From: Lingula anatina
Taxonomy: Eukaryota > Animalia > Brachiopoda
DNA: 64,000 bases
Assembly: GCA_051362555.1 (NCBI GenBank)
Contig: CM120640.1
Location: forward strand, 37,529,967 to 37,593,966
Reading direction: 5' to 3'
The translations under genes were made by a program, and so were the position numbers. The notes under the pieces are model-generated. The model was not told the DNA's origin and ran no database searches. It saw only the letters and a program-made list of their open reading frames with translations. This document shows, in pieces, positions 13,201 through 23,394 of the stretch; position 1 is the first letter of the stretch, and every line of letters starts with the position of its first letter.

Positions 13201-15251
13201 TGCAATTTTGTATAAAACACGAGGGTAATAGATGTGATTCATTTGTAGTCAATATATATTTTTTTTATTTTGACACAACTTTATTCTGTCAGGGCGCCAT
13301 ATCGGGCCTCATCTCAGGTCTGTTGCTGACGTTCTGGATCGGTGTTGGCGCCCAAGTCTACAAACCAATTCTCTGGACAGCCCCAGTGTCCACTGCTGGC
13401 TGTATTGCCGCCAATGCGACCAACTTGACCTTGACCGACAATTTCACAGACATAATGGCCAATTTGTCCACTACACCAGTCACACAATTAGAGTACGCGT
13501 AAGTTTAGTCCCAAAAGAAATTTCCGTTTCTATTTAAGTGGCTGATAAATGATAAAACGTGATTATTTTCCAAGCGACTTAATCCAGCCTTGAAAGTATC
13601 CCTGATGTTTTGTGAAGTGATGCTCTAGCAAATACGGTTATCTTCTTTGATCAAACGCACGTTGTGAAATTTCAAGTATATAAATATTGGGACTTCAAAC
13701 TATGAATTTAGAGTAATCATACTATTTTCAGGCCGCCACTGGGAGGTTGGTATAATATATCCTACTTATGGTACGCAGGATTTGCCGTGCTGGTGGTTCT
13801 TGTTGTCGGGTTAACGGTCAGCGCAGTTACAGGTACTTACATGTACTTCACTTAAATAAAAGGGGCAATTTAACAGCTTTATTCGATAGCTTTATGTTTA
13901 AGAAACATTCTGTATCTTTTAATAACGTCCCTCAGACAAATTTATAAACCAGACTTAAGCCCAGTACCATACCTGTGTAGAGAACCCACAGCTGCAATCT
14001 GAAAAGTAATTTGTCTGCTGTTTTGATTAAGGGCAGCCTCAATTTATTATTTTTACTACTTCTTATTTTTTTTATTTTTTATCTTCTTTACATTATAATT
14101 ACTTTTTGAGTTGATATTTAAATGTAAATTAAATCTGACGCGAAAGCAGAGACTTTTGACTTGTTAGGCAAAACCAATGATCAAATAACCCCGAGGACAA
14201 CTGCCAGTGTAAAATACCCCTTTAATAACATGTTTATAATAGGCTGCAACGACTTAAAGCAGAGCAAAATGTCTTTCGATTTTAAAGAGAAAGTTAAAAA
14301 TTAATTAATGGTCTTTTGGAACCCATGTGTCATAACATTGAATGTAAAAACGTCAAATGAAAACAGTGCTATCTAATTTTAAGGACAGATGCATTCTTTT
14401 CAATATCATAACGATAAAATGAAGATATAAGCATATCAAATGTAAAATTTACTTAGCTATTGTAATAAGGTAATTGGGTTTTAGGTTTCACGGATCCAAT
14501 GACCTTGGATCATCACTTGATCTCTCCCATATTTGACGTGATGTGTTGCTGCTGTCCACTGGCATGTCGTGAATGTCTTCGCTGCGGGCTTCCTCATGAC
14601 CCGGTGAGTTACATGTCCATGTCAGCTACTAGTGGCGTTTATTTTTGAAGAATAGTTTCAATACTCGCTGGGAATCTAAACATATTGCAAAAAAAAAAAA
14701 ATCTCGTTTGTGCTACGAATTTTGACATACTTTTCATTGTGTCATCAAATATATTTTTCATTGACCCATGACTGTAGATTTACATTGGTAATCAGTAATG
14801 GTAAATAATGAAAGTGATACCTGATGACAGAGAATATTGAGAAATTTAGATTTTAGAGAAATTCTTAGCGTTAGGGTAACATCTGTCTCCCTATGAATAT
14901 GGTATTTCTTACAGTTAAGGCTTTTGCACACTGAATGACTTAACACCCTTTCACAATTTCTCAACAAGATCGTTTCCGGCTATAAATAGCTGAGTTGTGA
15001 CGAACTCTGCAAGTAATGCTCCGTTTAAAAATCTATTATTTGATAACCAGGCTATTAAGTTGACTATCTCTCAAAACATACCGGATACCAGATAAAAACA
15101 CAATGTGAAAAGACTTTTTTAATAGCAAAGTTGGATATTATCATTGTTTTTCCACTTTTGTCTATTTAAGGCGCAGTTCCATTACTTCTGTGTGTGCAAG
15201 AACGTGGAAAAGGCAGACACTCAGGACGGAGTTGTCACTACAGAAATATAG
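8731..15251 (+). CDS. Sodium-coupled monocarboxylate/multivitamin transporter (SLC5A8/SLC5A12/SLC5A6-like SSF symporter), 15 coding exons
   Basis: GT-AG exons in consistent phase: 8731-9078, 9373-9438, 9704-9755, 10046-10113, 10378-10532, 10943-11083, 11366-11495, 11872-11960, 12298-12413, 12596-12663, 13037-13123, 13293-13498, 13732-13832, 14485-14603, 15171-15251. SSF motifs: YLERRFN, YAPSLAL, GGIKAVMWTDTFQ, DPDPRERHTFW, NQAQIQR, PGLPGLFTACLFSGALSTIS. C-terminus TTEI is a PDZ-ligand-like end. Confidence 0.93.
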
Positions 15252-15619
15252 GATCTTTATTTCTCAAATAAATCGAAATTGTTTGGTGAAAGCTTAGACT
15301 GATAGCTGACTATAGTCAGTATATACTGTATAAAGTCTATAAAGGAGACTTAGTCACATTGGCATAAGGGCGGGAACACTGCTTAATGTTACTTTTCTTA
15401 CGGTAGTTGGCTAAATTACGATGGTGAGCGGAGGTATGTGTCACAAAAGAAATAAAATGTAAAGTTTATTTTAACCTTTATACCGAAATTTTGATCTATT
15501 TTGACTTCAATATATATTGGTAGTAGACCAATGAAATGAAATATTGTTAATGTTTCAGATCACTATTTACCACTGCAGTGAATCTTTGTAAACTGAGGTA
15601 GACAAAATTTTGGGTCTTA

Positions 15620-15835
15620 GACTGCATTCCCACAGATTTAGATCGATCCATCTGGATCGACCTAACTCCCTGGGGGTTCACGCTAAATTGCTGTCAGCCG
15701 AGCGCATACGGAAGTTAATTACCCCCTTACAGCTTTTAGTAGGCGGGGACAGACATTTAAGCCGGCTAAGCTGACAGTAATCTAGTGAGAATCCCCACGG
15801 GGATAGGTTGATCTAAAATCTGTGGGAATGCAGTC
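15620..15835. mobile_element. PIF/Harbinger-like MITE (216 bp)
   Basis: Perfect 20-bp TIR GACTGCATTCCCACAGATTT / AAATCTGTGGGAATGCAGTC with TTA target-site duplication (15617-19, 15836-38). Confidence 0.9.
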
Positions 15836-17220
15836 TTAAAGTTATTTACGACAAGCCAACACTGTTCCCGTTACCACTTACTCTTAGACTCTAGGTCGTC
15901 ACTGATCGCTTACTGCAGTTTTTTCTTCATGATCAAACACTTCTAACTTTTAAATCACTTATTACTGATAACTATTGTACTCCCTGTTAATACTTTTCCT
16001 TACTATAGGTACTTTTAGTGTTCGAAATAGCTCGGTTATTCCAAATGTCAGTTTACATGAGGTTAACGAATAACCTTTTTTAAAACATTGGAGGATAGGA
16101 GTGGTGAGGCGGCCGCGCTTGATTTGGTAAATTGTTATCATACTATATATATCTGTGCATTCCTTTATGGTAAACTGATAGTAATGATGGCATAAGGTGG
16201 GTTGTATGTGAAACGCCACTACTATTAATATTTAATTATTATTTGTTTGTATTATAAATGGTACTTACCCATTCTCGGCTCTGGTGTCAAGGGGTTGAGT
16301 GGTGGGAGGCGTTTTCGTAGGCTTACCGACCAACTTCTCTTTCACTTGACTGATTCTCAAATGTCGTCTCGCTGGCCGTAGCTCAAATGGACACTGGTCA
16401 GTACTCGGTTCATGTGTTCACTCGGGCGCTATCGCGTAAGATTAGTGGACCGTAGATGACCTTAAGGGTCACATGGGCACAGCTGTTCCCGCGATTGCAT
16501 AACATGGCTCTTCTAGCACTTGTGCGTACGCGATTCACATCTACTAGTAACTGGGTATGCGCGGCCACCTCAGATCCTCCTTTCCTCCCAATAAATTTAT
16601 TATTTTGAAATAATAATCTTATTACTTACTATTATTTAAACATATGACTGCTGTGTTTTACTTGGTATGATTTAGTTACATGTAAATGTCTCACTGTGAT
16701 AAGTCAAATTCAAACCAGAAAACACCTGAACCCTAAATCCCGTTAAACGCCCAATACGTACTTCCTTATACAGACCGGGACGAAAAATTCTAAAAAAGAG
16801 CCTTCCAACGATATGCAACTCATTGCATAATACCTTTCTATTTAGGCTAAAATCACAATTAACTTTTTTTCGTTAATTAATTACGCCATGGAAAAATTAT
16901 GGACAGATTTGCTCTTTGCACAATTAAAGATAGTCACTACATTATTTCCCGTTTCAAAATCTACTCAAAACATTTACATATTTTTAACATGGCATTTCAA
17001 AAAAAAAAAAAAAAAAAAAAAAATGTTTGCATAGTCTAGATACATACAAGTGGGACATGAAAGTATGTGACATTAACCACACCACAATATCTGGGTTCAT
17101 CGGTCGTGGTTGGAATCAATCAGTCATTATTGTTTAGAACAGATATACCTGATATATTTAGAGTTCATATGCAACCAAATCGCAATTTACAGTTCACGTG
17201 GAAAAAATAAAATTAGCCCA

Positions 17221-18933
17221 TTATCTCACATTCAGTATAACGAGACAACAAAGGAAAGATATGATTACACTATTGCTATCGCTCCTACTGGACTTGCTGG
17301 GCGGAGTGGTGGGCGGCGGTACCTTTGTTGTGCTGCTACTGAGCATCGTTGTGGTAACGTTGTTGCTTGGCGTTGTGGTAAGGTTGCCGTTTGGCGTCGT
17401 GGTCACGTTTCTGCTTGGCGTCGTGGTCACGTTGCCGCTCGGTGTCGTGGTCAAGTTTCTGCTCGATGTCGTGGGAATTTTAGTGCTTGGCGTTGTGGTA
17501 ACGCGCGTGGTTGTTGAGGTAACAATTTCGCTTGTAGTTGTGGTAATAATACTGCTCGTTGTTGTAACGTTGTTGTTGGACGTTGATGTTGTGTTTTCCC
17601 TGGATGAAGTAGTGTCAGTTGGTGCCATGGTAGTGACGGTTTTTGTTGAAGCTGTCGTTAAATTTCCCGGCGACACCGTAGTAACGATTGGTCCATTACA
17701 GTCCATATAAAGTAACCTATTTGCCGTTCCTTCTTTGTGTCTGATGTCAATTATGCCTTTAGTCGCATAAGAAAGCAGCCACTCTTTTATCTCGGAGGGA
17801 TGCATTTTTTGGGTAAGATTCGTCAGATAGCGCGCGATTACACCACTTACGAAAGCTGCACTGTTCGATGTGCCGTTTTTAAGACCGGGACCATTGAGAC
17901 CGATGCCCCAAATGTGCTCTCCAGGTGCAAGAATGTCTACGGCGCTGCCATAATTTGATCCGACGTAATGAGACATGTACCACAGCCTGTCTTTTCTGTC
18001 CGTTGCCCCAACTCTTATGGTGTTATTCCTTGACGGAGAGTGATGACTTGCGTCCGCAAACTCGTTCCCGGCGGGAACTACCACAGGGATATTTAGGTCC
18101 ACTATGGCTTTAACAGCGCTTTCCAGCACTGCGGAGTGTTTTGGAAGAGTCGCGCCAAGATTGATGACAGATTTGACAGTCGAGTTGGTGCCAGCAGAGC
18201 GGTTTTTGTGGTGTTCTGAAACCCACGCCAGCCCAGCTAAAACGTCGTCTAATTTCACAGAGTGAAAGTTAGCATCCCCTACTTTGACAGCCACTAGCGT
18301 GGCAGATTTGGCGACTCCGAATGTTTTAGACCCAATGATGCTGGCAGAACGGGTACCATGGCCATTAAGGTCTTTTTCTCTGTTAAGCGATTCGTAGGAA
18401 ACGTCGGCTCCCCATATTGCTCTCACACCAAACTCCGGGTTTACGACATCAATGCCAGTATCGACAACGTAAACGTAAACGCCCTTGCCAGCGTCTGTTT
18501 CGTATTTATAGGTGACGTCGTTTGTCCCCCTTTTGCGGATATTTATTCGGGATAGGCCCCACAAATCTCCGCTTTTTTTTTCTGTATTCTCAGCCTCGCA
18601 CAGGGCGCAAAGCACCATCCAGGTGTTTGGCTCTACAAGCTCGACTTCGGGCCGGTTGCGTAACTGCAACACTACCTTCTCGTCTGAGTGTTCAAAGGAA
18701 AAACCAACAAAATTCTTCTCACCAATAAGATAAGTATGGCGAATTTTGTGATCCGCAGAATCGTTGAGCACGAGAGCTTTCATTCTGTCCAAAACTTCCA
18801 CAGGGTTGGTAAGATTCTTGGTGTTTAAAACGACAATATGCTCTTCACGAATGTCTCTCCTAACTCGACTGCCGCTGGCCAACACCGCGGTACTCAAAGC
18901 AATTGCTACAGCAAACCACACCCAAATCCTCAT
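17221..18933 (-). CDS. Proteinase-K-family (S8A) subtilisin-like protease, copy A, 570 aa: signal peptide, I9 prodomain, S8 domain, Thr-rich stalk, GPI-like tail
   Basis: Signal peptide MRIWVWFAVAIALSTAVLA. Catalytic residues Asp (VYVVDTGI), His (DLNGHGT), oxyanion Asn (PAGNE), Ser (NGTSNS). Family motifs WGLSRI, EFGVRAIWG, IGSKTFGVAK, SNYGSAVDILAPG. The ATG follows the acceptor TTTTTATCAACAG. CDS has no introns. Confidence 0.93.
   Translation of the reverse strand: MRIWVWFAVAIALSTAVLASGSRVRRDIREEHIVVLNTKNLTNPVEVLDRMKALVLNDSADHKIRHTYLIGEKNFVGFSFEHSDEKVVLQLRNRPEVELVEPNTWMVLCALCEAENTEKKSGDLWGLSRINIRKRGTNDVTYKYETDAGKGVYVYVVDTGIDVVNPEFGVRAIWGADVSYESLNREKDLNGHGTRSASIIGSKTFGVAKSATLVAVKVGDANFHSVKLDDVLAGLAWVSEHHKNRSAGTNSTVKSVINLGATLPKHSAVLESAVKAIVDLNIPVVVPAGNEFADASHHSPSRNNTIRVGATDRKDRLWYMSHYVGSNYGSAVDILAPGEHIWGIGLNGPGLKNGTSNSAAFVSGVIARYLTNLTQKMHPSEIKEWLLSYATKGIIDIRHKEGTANRLLYMDCNGPIVTTVSPGNLTTASTKTVTTMAPTDTTSSRENTTSTSNNNVTTTSSIITTTTSEIVTSTTTRVTTTPSTKIPTTSSRNLTTTPSGNVTTTPSRNVTTTPNGNLTTTPSNNVTTTMLSSSTTKVPPPTTPPSKSSRSDSNSVIISFLCCLVILNVR
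17356..17451 (-). repeat. Coding 24-bp minisatellite, 4 units (TTTP[S/N]xN[V/L])
   Basis: Translation TTTPSGNV TTTPSRNV TTTPNGNL TTTPSNNV. Confidence 0.9.
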
Positions 18934-19588
18934 TCTGTTGATAAAAAAGGAAAGACTCTTTTTAATCAAGAATACGTCCATTATTGGTGAACAATTATCA
19001 GTTTCAAGCAAAAAAGCGCATGTTATTTTGTCATAGTGCTGTTATCAAGATTCATAGTGAGAGACTGATAAAGGGACGAGATGCATACATGCACAAACCC
19101 CTTCTAAGTGGAGGGAGTCTCTGCTATTATCTTGGGATTCGTCTTTTAAGTAACTGAGGAAATCCATACAAGGTAAATACTTTTAAGTATTAAAATTTAT
19201 TAAAGTTAAAATTCGCATTAAACTAGCTTCGGATATGGTACCTTTCTAATGTACGGTAGATTGGGAAAGGCACCACCTCATACTGTTCATTAATCTAATG
19301 GTTCCATAAAGTTAAAGGACAGATAATTTCATAAAACAGTTATTGAGCAAAACAATATCGAAAATTTATCTCATGAATTGTCAAGTTCAAACGAAACTGA
19401 ACTTTGTACGAGGACTTGTTGATCAACATTTAGTAAGAAATTTTCATAAGGGCAAAATATATCTAACTACATATAATTCAAAGTTTAATTCACAACTTTC
19501 ATCGAATATTCCAAGTTTTTAGTGCACACATTACATAATGGTGACGGGAATGAAAATGAAGTATATTAGAGAGAAAGGTAATACTTAC

Positions 19589-19700
19589 CTGTATCGTCAC
19601 TCCAAACAGAAAATAGTTACTGAAAACGCAATGCCCGTTAAGTGACTGCGGATTGATATCAAACCCGGAGTTCGAGATTTCAGTTTTATATATTTATAGC
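19589..19700 (-). promoter_or_regulatory. Putative TATA promoter and non-coding first exon of protease copy A
   Basis: Minus-strand TATAAA at 19698-19693 and 19690-19685; donor CAG|GTAAGT at 19589/19588. An equivalent donor (27616/27615) and TATA (~27703-27714) are kept in copy B. Confidence 0.55.
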
Positions 19701-20040
19701 TATCCATCCTAATCAACTGATTCATGATGTAAGTATTGAACTATCATAACTGTCATACGGTCAGTGTCGCACCTAAAATCCTCACGTGCTCCTGTCAGAC
19801 ACCAATGAATCACGCAGTTTAAATTCAGGTACCACATTGCATTGCAGACCATAGCTTTCCCGCCCTCACATTTCCAGTAACGTTAAAGATGGGGGACCGA
19901 TCACGCACGCCTTGTGTCTCTCCCTCTATAGAATTGGATAATGAATAAATGTAAAGAGACCTCCAATAAACAGAAAATAAAATGCATGGTATAATTGGCG
20001 CAACAGGGAAACAAGGGTCGATACTGGAGCTTTTAAGTGT

Positions 20041-20103
<63 letters not shown>

Positions 20104-23007
20104 ACGTTGTTTTATGCTTTTGGACCCCATGTAATCTAAACCAAGCTTGTTTTATTTGCACAAAAATTTAATTATTCTCTTTTTTCTCTATGAAAGACGT
20201 GTCTTCTCAGATTTGGCAGGGTGCCATGTTACAAATACATTGTTTAATTTGCGGAAAGCTTCAATGAGGTCTTCGAAATCAAATGATGCAGCACCATCCA
20301 GGGCCTGATAGGCTCAATAAACGCAGGGAATGACAAACAAAATTCAAAATACAAATAGAAGTATATTTAATATCAGAATAGATACCTTGTGCACAGATAT
20401 GTCACAAGTCTTTACAAGGTAACGCAGTGCTCTACAAAAGACATCACAACACTTTTACAAAAAACAATATTAAAAAGCATTAGGCATCACTAATCAACAA
20501 GGAGAATTTCATGGTATATTGTATTCCCAGGAAGTAAAGAATATCATATTAAATCACAGATGAATAATAATAATAATACTAATAAATATTGAAGAATATT
20601 AAGATGAATACATTTCAGATTGTCAGTAGTCTGCAAGGAAAACGAGTACAAAACTTCAAGAATAAGAATTCACCCATATATAATGGTGATAGGCAATTGT
20701 AACTACATAAGTCGAAAAAAGTATTTAAAAAACTAGTTGCTTTTTCTGTGATAGCAATTCAGCTAAGCAGCTTCAGCCATGTTTGACAAACCATAATTTG
20801 GTAATGGGACAAGAATATTTTTTTATGTTTTACACGTTCCCTTAAATAGATAAGTTCTGTTTAAGAAATATGAATAACACATAGAAAATACACAAATACT
20901 AATGTTTGTGCTTAATGTCATAAAAAATAGGATGCCATCATTTATTGTCATGAAATTATTCCAAACTAAATTAGCATGTTCACAGGCATATGTGAGGGAG
21001 GGAGGGGGGGAGGAGAGAGAGAGAGGCAGCACCCTTTTTTCAAGTACAACTGTTTTTTCACCAGTATTCTCTCAAAAGGTACAAAAGTTGAACTGTGAGG
21101 CCCAAAGAGCCATGTTTTATATAAACTATTTATTATTGGGGGAAAGAGAACCATGAAAATGACAGAGTGACACTTAAGGGGCCCTTCACATTGTCCTGAG
21201 TATGCCTGTGGAATTAGCTCCACATTTCTAATTATTTCTCACTGCTCTTATCTCCAATAAAGCAACAAATACACATTTTAACATTCAGCATGTTGTGCAA
21301 AATTGTCATCAACCTCTCAAGTAATTTTCCTCTAAATTTTCTAAATGGAAAGAAAAATCCCAGTCAAATGGCACCTGAGAACTAAAATCCATCAATCAAT
21401 AATCTCAGATGAAGAAATGACACAATTAACAAGAAAAAATTACAAACTTATAAAAACATAGGACATTCTACTATATATAATACAGACATGTATTCATATC
21501 AAACAAACAAAACACAATGCTTTTAAAGTGAAAACAGACATCCCCTAATGAAATCCCATAAAATCCAACACAACTTGGGCCAATGGCGTGATATTCAAAT
21601 GCCAAACTAACAATAGAATGAAAAGACTTGTCACGAATTGCACCAGTCTTACTGCACTGATAAAGCTTACACTACAAGAGTGGACTAGATTTTTCCCTTC
21701 ATTTTCCTTCAATTTTCAATCTCTCACCATGAACTTGGATTGCCTTAGATCTTAAATACCCGTGAATGAGTAACAATGCACCAACTATCACAGTGAGCAA
21801 GTTTTGACATAATATTCTATTAGGGTACTAAGCTTTAGCACACAACACAACATGCTTTTGTAATTCCCCTATCTTTACCTGTGGCACAGCCAAGCAGGTT
21901 GATATGCTGTAGATTTAATATTTCTCATCTAATATGTGTCAGAAATACACAACTCATAATATGAAGAAACAATAAATGCAATATAAATCAAGGTGATTAA
22001 ACACGAGTCTAACAACTTCAATTCTTAACCATACCTCCTTTCCTTGAAAGAGAAATATTATGTCTGACTCAGTTTTCTCAAAGGAAAAATTTCTCAATTG
22101 TTGTAAAACTGGTGAATAAATGACAAGCTGTTCCCGCGATTGCATAACATGGCTCTTCTAGCACTTGTGCGTACGCGATTCACATCTACTAGTAACTGGG
22201 TATGCGCGGCCACCTCAGATCCTCCTTTCCTCCCAATAAATTTATTATTTTGAAATAATAATCTTATTACTTACTATTATTTAAACATATGACTGCTGTG
22301 TTTTACTTGGTATGATTTAGTTACATGTAAATGTCTCACTGTGATAAGTCAAATTCAAACCAGAAAACAACTGAACCCTAAATCCCTTTAAACGCCCAAT
22401 ACTTAGTTCCTTATACAGACCGGGACGAAAAATTCTAAAAAAGAGCCTTCCAACGATATGCAACTCATTGCATAATACCTTTCTATTTTGGTAAAAATCA
22501 CAATAGGTCAATTAACCTTTTTTTTTCGTAAATTAATAACGGAAAAGTTTTGCCCAAATAATGAACAGATTTGCTCTTTGCACAATTAAAGATAGCCACT
22601 TCATTATTTCCCGTTTCAAAATCTACTCAAAACATCTATATATTTTTAACATGGCATTTCAAATAAAAAAAAAAAAATTCGTATAGTATAGATACATACA
22701 AGTGGGACATGAAAGTATGTGACATTAACCACACCACAATATCTGGGTTCATCGGTCGTGGTTGGTATCAATCAGTCATTATTGATTAGAACAGATATGA
22801 CGATATATTTAGAGTTCATAAGCAACCAAATCGCCATTTACAGTCCACGTGAAAAAAATTAAAATTAGCTCATTATCTCACATTCAGTATAACGAGACAA
22901 CAAAGGAAAGATAAGATTGCACTATTGCTGTCGCTCCTACTGGACTTGCTTGGCGGAGTGGTGGGAGGCGGCACCTTCGTTGTGCTGCTACTGAGCATCG
23001 TTGTGGT

Positions 23008-23394
23008 TACGTTGCCGTTTGGCGTTGTGGTCACGTTGCTGTTTGGCGTCGTGGTCATGTTTCTGCTTGGCGTCGCAGTGGTCATGTTCCTGCTTGGCGT
23101 CGTTGTCATGTTTCTGCTTGGCGTCGTGGTCACGTTGCCGCTTGGTGTCGTGGTCACGTTGCCACTTGGTGTCGTGGTCACGTTTCTGCTTGGCGTCGTG
23201 GTCACGTTGCCGCTTGGTGTCGTGGTCATGTTTCTGCTTGGTGTCGTGGTCATGTTTCTGGTTGGTGTCGTGGTCACGTTGCCGCTTGGTGTCGTGGTCA
23301 CGTTTCTGCTTGGTGTCGTGGTCACGTTGCCGCTTGGTGTTGTGGTCATGTTTCTGCTTGGTGTCGTGGTCACGTTGCCGCTTGGTGTCGTGGT
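23008..23394 (-). repeat. Coding 24-bp minisatellite, 16 units (TTTPS[G/R]N[V/M])
   Basis: Direct translation of the copy B stalk; one unit has an extra codon (TTATPSRNM). Confidence 0.92.

Larger units (their letters stand above)
16481..22123 (+). repeat. Tandem segmental duplication, copy A (~5.64 kb)
   Basis: Starts AGCTGTTCCCGCGATTGCATAAC (also at 22126) and ends GTAAAACTGGTGAATAAATGA (also ending at 30037). Colinear with copy B throughout. Confidence 0.95.

Noticed and set aside
7349-15838. Composite transposon carrying the SLC5 gene
   Set aside because: Outer flanks differ (TAA vs TTA) and each MITE has its own TSD.
16261-16590. RNase P or 7SK RNA candidate (GGAGGATCTGAG motif on minus strand)
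   Set aside because: No matching P4 partner/CR-V or paired GAUC motifs could be seen, so it is not called as an ncRNA.
16999-17022. Poly-A tract downstream of the intronless protease as a retrogene tail
   Set aside because: The gene is on the minus strand, so the tract reads poly-T in the transcript; no TSD seen.
18934-19011. N-terminal extensions of the protease ORFs in the ORF track (also 27023-27085) and of the C1q ORFs (63168, 63445)
   Set aside because: They lie in introns upstream of clear splice acceptors; the real starts are the signal-peptide Mets.
20823-21223. Identical small ORFs here and at 28732-29065
   Set aside because: Chance ORFs in duplicated UTR-like DNA; identity reflects the duplication, not coding constraint.
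23008-23394. CRISPR-like appearance of regular short repeats
   Set aside because: Contiguous coding minisatellite with no unique spacers, in eukaryotic context with no cas genes.
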